Below are positions 57,279 to 64,000 of a stretch of 64,000 nucleotides of DNA, one piece after another; position 1 is the first letter of the stretch, and each line of letters starts with the position of its first letter. Below the pieces are notes generated by a model. It was given only the letters and a program-made list of their open reading frames with translations, did no database searches and was not told the origin of the DNA. Location: NCBI GenBank assembly GCA_963787445.1, contig CAWBCT010000013.1, positions 43,096 to 107,095 on the forward strand. The letters are read 5' to 3'. This stretch comes from an uncultured archaeon. Lineage in GTDB: Archaea > Micrarchaeota > Micrarchaeia > Micrarchaeales > CABMGC01. The translations under genes were made by a program, and so were the position numbers.

Positions 57279-58706
57279 TCATGCGTACATCGAGGAGTTC
57301 TCAATGGCCTTTGCTATCGCTGCCTTGCTCTGGCCCCTCTTCCTGTACTCCGCCACGCATCTCATAAGGTCTTCAGTGCCGAGCTCCGAAAGGGCTTGGT
57401 TTCCAGTCGTAAGCTCCTCCTTGAGCCTCTGGCCGAGGCCCATCTGGATGATCTCGGAGATGTCCGCGCCCGTCATGCCATCCGTTTCTGCCGCAAGCCG
57501 GCCATAGTCCACATCTGGACCTACCTTCTTGCCAGCTGCGTGGATCTTGAATATGGCTACCCTTGCATCTTTGTCAGGCGGCGGAACGGATATTATCTTG
57601 TCGAAGCGTCCGGGGCGCAGCAGCGCATGGTCCATCCTCTCTATCGAGTTGGTGGTGCCTATCACCGTGACCTTGTCCATGCCCTCGACTCCGTCCATCT
57701 TCTGCAGCAGCACGCTGACCATCCTTACGGTCTCCTCGTGCGCGTCTTCCCTGGACCTTGCAAGGCTGTCTATCTCGTCGAAGAGTATTATCGAAGGCGC
57801 GTGCTTCTTCGCCATGTCAAAGACCATCCCTATCCTTCTTGGGCTCTCCCCGTACCAACAGGACATGACATCAGTCAGACTCACGCAGAACAGCGAGGCC
57901 TGCGCAAGGTTGGCCATCGCCTTGGCCAACAGGGTCTTGCCTGTGCCGGGAGGACCGTTCAGCAGGATGCCCCTCGGGTACCTGATCCCCCACTTCTGGA
58001 ACGACTCCGGGCTCTTCAGGCCGTGACCCAATAGCGTTAACTCTGACTTAGCTTCATCGCACCCTCCTATCTCCGCAAACGTTATTGACGGCTTCTCTAG
58101 CCCTATGTCGGTCTCAAGCCTCCTCCTTTTTGCGAGGCCTGACCTCATCCTGGGCTTTTTCAGGTGCGTGAGGAGCTCAAGGTCCAGCTCGCTGCCCGCA
58201 GTCGCGTACACCGAGTTTATGAGCCATTCGGTGAGCCTGGACACTGACTCAATGTCTGTTTTCAGCGTTTCCGGGTTTATCTTCCTCTCCCTCAGCGTGG
58301 AAACCATGAGAAGGATCCCAAGGCACGACACCCTGTAACCGTTCCCGCTCTCTGAACTCAGTTCAACCGTCTTTTTCCCAAACCTTGCGGTATAATGCGC
58401 AGGCACGGTGCCCTTCATCGACTCAAAGACCTTGGGGAACTCGTTCTCCCTTGATTCGTATTCTGCTGTAATCTTGATGTTGTAGCTCTCGCAGTCCGAT
58501 GTGATCACCTGTCCGTCCTGGAACCTCTCGCCGATCTTCGCGAGCGGTATGTCCAGCTCGCTGTCATCGATTATCCTGACCGTAAGTTCATCGTCATGGA
58601 TCCTGTAGACTCCCCTATCATCTTCAAGTGCCTTCCTGTCAGAGAGCATCTCCGCCATCCTATTATAGTCCTCCTCCGAAAACGCGTTTGTTATCCTGAA
58701 AACCAT
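57279..58706 (-). CDS. Single-ring classic-clade AAA+ ATPase (Cdc48/PAN/Vps4-like) with an unrecognised N-domain
   Basis: EIGG, GPPGTGKTLLAKA, pore loop WYGES, FDEID, SRH TN....D.ALLRPGRFD. Confidence 0.92.
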   Translation of the reverse strand: MVFRITNAFSEEDYNRMAEMLSDRKALEDDRGVYRIHDDELTVRIIDDSELDIPLAKIGERFQDGQVITSDCESYNIKITAEYESRENEFPKVFESMKGTVPAHYTARFGKKTVELSSESGNGYRVSCLGILLMVSTLRERKINPETLKTDIESVSRLTEWLINSVYATAGSELDLELLTHLKKPRMRSGLAKRRRLETDIGLEKPSITFAEIGGCDEAKSELTLLGHGLKSPESFQKWGIRYPRGILLNGPPGTGKTLLAKAMANLAQASLFCVSLTDVMSCWYGESPRRIGMVFDMAKKHAPSIILFDEIDSLARSREDAHEETVRMVSVLLQKMDGVEGMDKVTVIGTTNSIERMDHALLRPGRFDKIISVPPPDKDARVAIFKIHAAGKKVGPDVDYGRLAAETDGMTGADISEIIQMGLGQRLKEELTTGNQALSELGTEDLMRCVAEYRKRGQSKAAIAKAIENSSMYA

Positions 58707-58765
58707 CCAGACACCGTCTTTTATAGAATGCGAGCAACAGTTATTTAAATATTTCTATCAAATAG

Positions 58766-58782
58766 TATAATAGTGTATTATA
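58766..58782. promoter_or_regulatory. Palindrome between the divergent AAA and CARF promoters
   Basis: TATAATA-GTG-TATTATA; AT-rich, so weak evidence. Confidence 0.4.
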
Positions 58783-58848
58783 AGGTATAAAGATGTATTA
58801 GTCATGGAAAGCTATAAAAGCGAGAGCAGCGAGAGTAAAGCGGAGGAC

Positions 58849-59452
58849 ATGGGAAAAAAGGTACTCATAGCCACTTTGTACAGTCCGGAGCCCGTGATAC
58901 TGGCAACCACCAGGCTCGGCCCTGAAAGACTAATCCTGCTTATCGATAAGACAAGCAACAAGGAGCAGGAGGCGTCATTGAAGCTCATAGAGGACTCCCT
59001 GGGCAAAGTCATAGACGTAAAGACGGTCAAGACTGACGTCTACGACATAGTCGAGATTGCCCGGGAGTGCGTCAAGGTCATCGACCTGCAGCCGAACGAA
59101 GACCACATCTTCGTGAATATAACCTCGGGAAGGAAGACCAAGGCGATAGGGCTCCTGTTTGCTGCCTATGCAAGACATTCAAGAGTGAGCAAGATCGCGT
59201 ATAATCCTGAAGAAGATAAATCTAGCATAGTCTATCTTCCAAGGCTAAGCTTCAAGCTTACGGATAATCAGAAAGATATTCTTAGAGAAGATAGGATCGA
59301 ATAAGTTCGAGACAATTACTGAATTGGCAAAAGCCATAGATATTTCTACGGCTATGTTGTATCGTGCAATAGACGAGCTGGAGGATATGGATTTGATAAT
59401 CAGAGATCCGAAACTGGAGCTTACTGATGCAGGGAAGATTGCAAGATTATAA
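58849..59452 (+). CDS. Csa3-like CARF-wHTH transcriptional regulator (one extra base near 59284)
   Basis: VLIATL, VNITSGRK, LPRL; corrected frame gives ITELAKAIDISTAMLYRAIDELEDMDLI....ELTDAGKIARL*. Confidence 0.8.
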
Positions 59453-59465
59453 TAAAGACGTGGGA

Positions 59466-60080
59466 ATGATGAACCATTCACTAGGAGAAAAAGATTACAC
59501 TGTTTTTCTTAACTCTTTTAAAAATTCTATGTATCGCTTAGCTAAAAACAAGACGGTAATGAAAAAATTAGAACTTAGCAATAAAACACATGGTGTCTTA
59601 GCTGAGGTATACGCAGTTCTTAGGTTGCATGAAGCATTTAAGACAGAGTCTATAACTTGGAAAGGAGGACAAACTCGGAGTATAGACTTAAAGTTAGGAG
59701 ATATTGATATACAGGTAAAGAAAATAACTGGAAAAAATGATGGACGCTTTTATTGGAATTGGAAAGATACAAAATTGGAAGAAAATCCAAAAGGCAGCGG
59801 GATACACAAAACTATCTCGTATAAAACTATAAAAAAATTGAAATGCAAATTTACATATCCATACTTATTCGTTTATATGGAAAATCTGAATAAACCCATC
59901 TTCTTATGTTTTTCAAAAGAAGAGATGCTAAGACTTTATGGAAAAACGATAAAATCTCATAACGCCTGATAAGGAAACCGAGAGAAAGAGGTGAAGGGCA
60001 AAAAAAACCTTAGTACTCCTCGTTTTTATCTGAAAGAAAGTGGACATAGAGACAAGTTTGATAAATTGAAACAAACATGA
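59466..60080 (+). CDS. Putative PD-(D/E)XK endonuclease, AT-rich
   Basis: G.LAE...SIDL...IQVK; probable indel near 59965, 3' end uncertain. Confidence 0.55.
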
Positions 60081-60092
60081 CATAGTCTTGGA

Positions 60093-61466
60093 TTACATAA
60101 GGAGTTGTTCTTGTATATTTTCTATAGTACCTCTATTTTGGAAGGTACATAAGATAGCTTCTCTAAATCCAGAGAACTCGTAAAATTCCTCCAACTTTAA
60201 GGTTAACAGTTCCAATAACTGACTCGCCGTAATAAGAACGACATTGTTAACTTTTGATTCCCTCTCTATATACTTTAGTTTTGAGTCTAATATGTTCTTG
60301 AAAAAGCTAGAGAGTAATGGCGTAATAAATAGTATCCATTCCTTCTTTGTTTAATTCATTTTTATATGTTTCTTGATATACTCGATTATAGAACGCTTTC
60401 ATCAGCTGACAAAATTATATCCATCCCCTCTACATTTACAATCGTACATTACTGCATAATGCTCGGACCTACACTTCGCTATACCATCTTATCTCTTTTG
60501 CCAGCACCGAGTTTCGTAATCTCGTATCCTAACATTTTAAACAGTATTTCGGGCTCTCTCTTCAAAGATGTAGTCTAGTTCCATATCTGCCTTTTTCTTA
60601 TACTTCATTTGAGTGGCAGATCATTTTTGCTATCTAGGACGGAAGTCAGATAGTATTGGCGGTATATATTCATCTACTGAATATGGATTAATTTTCTCCA
60701 GACAATACTGTAGTCTTACTTTTACCATTTTCTTGTGTATCTTCACCTTCTGCCTTTCTTACAAGTATCTTCTTCATTTATAATAGTACCAGATAACATG
60801 TTCCACATACCATAAATCTACAGACGTACCTAATGTTTTACTAAATAATGTTTCGAGCTCTTTATTGATATTGTAAAAGACAGCGTAATAGTCCTCGGGG
60901 CTTAGACCTTCAGGTAGAAATCCCCAACTGTTTAAAAGATGTTTCAGCTGAGTGGTATAATATTGGGAACTCTTTACTGTTTTGTATCTGCCAGAAATAA
61001 CTAAGAAAGTATAATGATGATTTTGCCCTAGGATTTGCTGCTTTAGGACCTGATGGATTTTTAAGACTCATTATGAACTGAACAAATCTTTTAATTTTTT
61101 CTTTAGAGTAATGTTATTTGGTAATTTCAGATATTCGATAAGGACGAGTCTTAATTTGTCCTTATCGTTGGCAGAGTTATAAATCATGTTGAAGAAACAT
61201 CTGGCCACTAATTCCCTTAAAGCCCCACAATCTATTCTTTTTGTTTATGCTGTCAATACATGTGTTTTAAATGTGGCTAAATCTGTTGTTCCAGAGAAAA
61301 GCCCATTTAGTTCTGCTTTGATATTGCCTATAACTTTTAGTCTTCTAGCATCTAAATCTTTATAGGAACCCATTTTATCTGATTCTACTAGAAAGACTTG
61401 TTCGCCATTTTTCTTAAATGTTTTTAACATTTCAGCTGAAGTTAATTGATTCTGTGAAAGTTCCAT
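60093..61466 (-). CDS. Restriction endonuclease-like protein (C-terminal FokI/Mrr-type catalytic domain), multiple indels
   Basis: Across shifts: NRLWGFKGISGQMFFNM, IPPILSD, FEE....LFKMLGYEI..LG, DGIA....YAVMYDCK. Confidence 0.6.
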
Positions 61467-61556
61467 AAATGACACTTGTTTCTAACTAAAACAGTGCACA
61501 TAAAGATATTTATATTTGTACGAACCCAGACAACGAGATGGCCAAAGAAGTATAAG

Positions 61557-61645
61557 ACTCCACACTCCTTACCCCTTCCCTTCCTTTTGGGAGTGGAGTG
61601 TCCCTTTGCTCTCGGGGAAGAGGCCGCTTGGACATTCTCCACTCC
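61557..61645. repeat. Cluster of CTCCACTCC-type direct/inverted repeats
   Basis: GGAGTGGAGTGTCC (61590-61603) pairs with GGACATTCTCCACTCC (61630-61645) or with ACTCCACACTCC (61557-61568). Confidence 0.6.
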
Positions 61646-61716
61646 GTTTCGCAGGTTGGGTGGATACTTTTCTAGTATTCTGTTAGTTTATTCCCGTGCT
61701 TTGTTTGTGTCCTTTT

Positions 61717-63848
61717 TCATAGTGTTATGCACTCAACGCTGTCGCTTATGAGGTGCTTCATCTCATCTCTCACCTTTTGGTTGTTTGTGACCAGCACTAA
61801 CTCTGCATTGAATCGCTTTGCCCTTTCCTTGCACTTCTCTATCTCCTCTGTTATGGCAGTTGGTCTGCATCTCATAGGCCCTGACCTTCTTTTCATCCCA
61901 GAGATACTTGAACTTTCCACCTCGCACCTCCTACATCGAATGCGTCCTGCTGCGCAAGAACGAAGGCGAAGTTGCCTTTTTCTTGGATTGTTTGGATTAT
62001 CTTGGTCATCATCTCCGTGTGCTCTGCGCTTCCTGCGTTAGCCTTTTGCCTTTCCACGAGCTTGTCCGGATTCGATTACCTCCCTGAACTTTGCGATGAA
62101 CGCGTTGTTCTGGTCTATGTATCCGGCATTCTTCGCGCGCTCGAGCAGTGACGGCTTGCTCTTTGTTCCGTACATTGTGGTAGGGCTGGTTATCCATCCC
62201 TTTTCCCTCAGCATCTGGTATGCGCCTTGCGGCGTTCCTGCCTTCTGGAGCGCGTAAGGAAGCGGTAGAGCGTAAGCTGAAGGGGGCTCTATGCCTTCCT
62301 TTCTCAGGAGCTCCATAATCCCTTGGCCTTGATGTGCCGTTCTCTGCCATTCTTTGAGCTTCCTATCTCCAGCTTTTGGGCTTTTTGCAAGGAGACGTGT
62401 AACTCTCTTCATCGCTCAGGTTGTCCATCTCCACGTATGCGGAGTGGGCCCTTCCCTTCTGGAGGGCGTGCTCGTCAAGAACGAAGCAGTGGCCCACGGG
62501 CATGCGCCTCATTATCTCTTTCTCTATGTCCGAGAGGTGCAGGATCTTGTGTATCCTCACCGCGTCTTCGGGCGCATGATTCGGATGGACGATCTTGACT
62601 GACGTGTTGGCCACCACCGCATCCGGAAGATCGGCAAGCATCTGGGTTGCTATTATAAGACCGAACCCGTACTTCCGGCCCTCCCTCACTATCTTTGCGA
62701 TGGGGTTTCCCTTCCGTATTTCGTTTTATGGCCTTGTACGCATCGTCCAGGGCTATAAGCAGCTTCACTTCTCCCTCGTCCCTGAACTCCTCTGTTATCC
62801 TTTGAAGCATTGAGTAGGTCACTAGGTCCTTCTCTGTTTCAGTGAGCCCCTCGAGCTCCACCACGTTGCAGGCCTTTTCCATAGTTCTCCCAGAAGCCCT
62901 TGGTTCCTCACCAAACACCTCAAACGTCTGCCGCAGCTTGTTCGCTATGTACTGGTTCTGCACCTTTATGTCCCTGAACTTCTCCAGCTACTATGCTCTC
63001 CCCGACCTTGTCGTAGAGCATCTGGATCGTGGGCTCAAGGCCTCTGGTCGTAGAGCTCAACCAGCAGCTCCCTAACCTTCTGGGCCTGAAGGTTCGTTCA
63101 GGTCCAAGTGAGAATTGTAGGGTTTCCGCCGCGATTCCACTCCTCCTATCGCCGCTCATGCCTCTGAGCAGTAGGGGATTCACCTTAAGGTTCCTTGGGA
63201 CGTTCCAGATTGGTCGCCTCCCCGAGCTTCTTGTAGCTGCCGGACCAGTCTATTATGAGGAAGGGTATTTCATATTTCGCATATCCCCTGGCCAGAGAGC
63301 CCTCATGGTGGTGGACTTGCCTCTCCGGTCTTGCCCACTATCATCATATGTGGGCTCGGCTCGCTCTTTAGGGACACATCGTAAACTCCTTTCGAACCGC
63401 CATAGGCTATGGCCCTTGCTGCCCTTTCCCCGTTCGCGTCAAGGAACCTATCTTCCTTTCCAGCCGGATCGTGTATTCATAGCCTATTGCTATGCCATTA
63501 TGCCTTGACTTCTTCATCCTGTCCTTGCGCTTCGCGATTTCCCTCCAGAGCAGGAAGCATACGCAGGCGCTAAAAAACAGGGCTAGGGCGATGTTTTCTG
63601 GTCAATGCCCAGAAAAGTATATTGAGGAATTGAAAAGGCACAGAATGATAAACACGAGCCATCCCAACGCATTTTCGTATATCGGCACACGCTTCCTTCC
63701 CTTTTTCACGTACTTGAAGAACTCATCCACTATCTTATTCGTGCTCTTTATCGCCTTCTTTCCTATTGCGGCTCGCCGCTATGCCTACTGCAAGGACTAT
63801 CGCGAAGATGTAGGCGACAGCGAAGCCAGCAAACTGTGCGATATCCAT
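61717..63848 (-). CDS. Membrane-anchored VirD4/TraG/HerA-like ATPase with C-terminal extension, heavily frameshifted
   Basis: About 3 N-terminal TMs, GIAIG, PHMMIVGKTG.GKSTT, FLIIDWSGSY, LLIALDDAY, REGRKYGFGLIIATQ. Confidence 0.75.
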
Positions 63849-64000
63849 CAGGACACCTTCAAGACCTTCTGGGGCACCTCGTCGGCTTCCTCCAGCTTGG
63901 TCACCTGCTTGCCTATGCTATCAACCATCGCCCTGAGTATCGGGTCCAAAGGTGCCTCGGGGTGCTCCAGGTACCACTCCACAGCCTCGGCGTACTCGAT
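63848..64000 (-). CDS. 3' end of an upstream hypothetical gene
   Basis: ...AVEWYLEHPEAPLDPILRAMVDSIGKQVTKLEEADEVPQKVLKVS*; TGATG overlap with the ATPase start. Confidence 0.5.
   Translation of the reverse strand: MEYAEAVEWYLEHPEAPLDPILRAMVDSIGKQVTKLEEADEVPQKVLKVS

Larger units (their letters stand above)
53900..64000. mobile_element. Putative integrated conjugative/defence island (left boundary approximate, runs off the window)
   Basis: Coupling-protein-like ATPase, three nucleases, CARF regulator, AT-rich segment; no integrase or att site seen. Confidence 0.45.

Noticed and set aside
57135-58034. 299-aa plus-strand ORF
   Set aside because: Antisense shadow of the AAA+ ATPase
58700-64000. 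CRISPR array near the Csa3-like gene
   Set aside because: No regularly spaced direct repeats or cas genes seen; the 61557-61645 repeats are short and irregular
1-64000. tRNA, 5S, SRP or RNase P genes
   Set aside because: None recognised by eye in intergenic regions; a tRNAscan-SE/Infernal run is needed to exclude them

Overview
Archaeal genomic window, most consistent with a DPANN lineage, probably Micrarchaeota/ARMAN-like. This is inferred from a divergent unlinked 16S rRNA, archaeal ribosomal proteins and aaRS, and class III signal-peptide/LamG proteins. Positions 1-53.8 kb are clean core and accessory genome: a stand-alone 16S gene with its processing stem, four TA modules, type 1 IPP isomerase, rps3ae/rps15, valS, leuS, a type IV pilus (Tad-like) locus with 6-7 pilins, SMC, signal peptidase, a diadenylate cyclase, a PadR-ABC-COG1361 operon, pdhABCD, secF-secD-nmd3, and a minimal [FeFe]-hydrogenase coupled to an ECF S-component-like membrane gene. 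From about 54 kb the window becomes a mobile/defence-like island dense in single-base indels, most likely long-read errors. Reading across the indels gives a DUF2779 nuclease, a hidden FtsZ/tubulin GTPase-domain-only gene in an operon with an AAA+ ATPase divergent from a Csa3-like CARF-wHTH regulator, two AT-rich PD-(D/E)XK nucleases, and a membrane-anchored VirD4/HerA-like ATPase. Top leads: the CARF / AAA+ / truncated-FtsZ module, the hydrogenase plus S-component-like pair with no adjacent maturases, an NADP-type fingerprint in PDH E3, a shared extended promoter on orphan genes, and an unannotated 30-aa protamine-like gene. All family calls come from motif recognition by eye; no database search was run.
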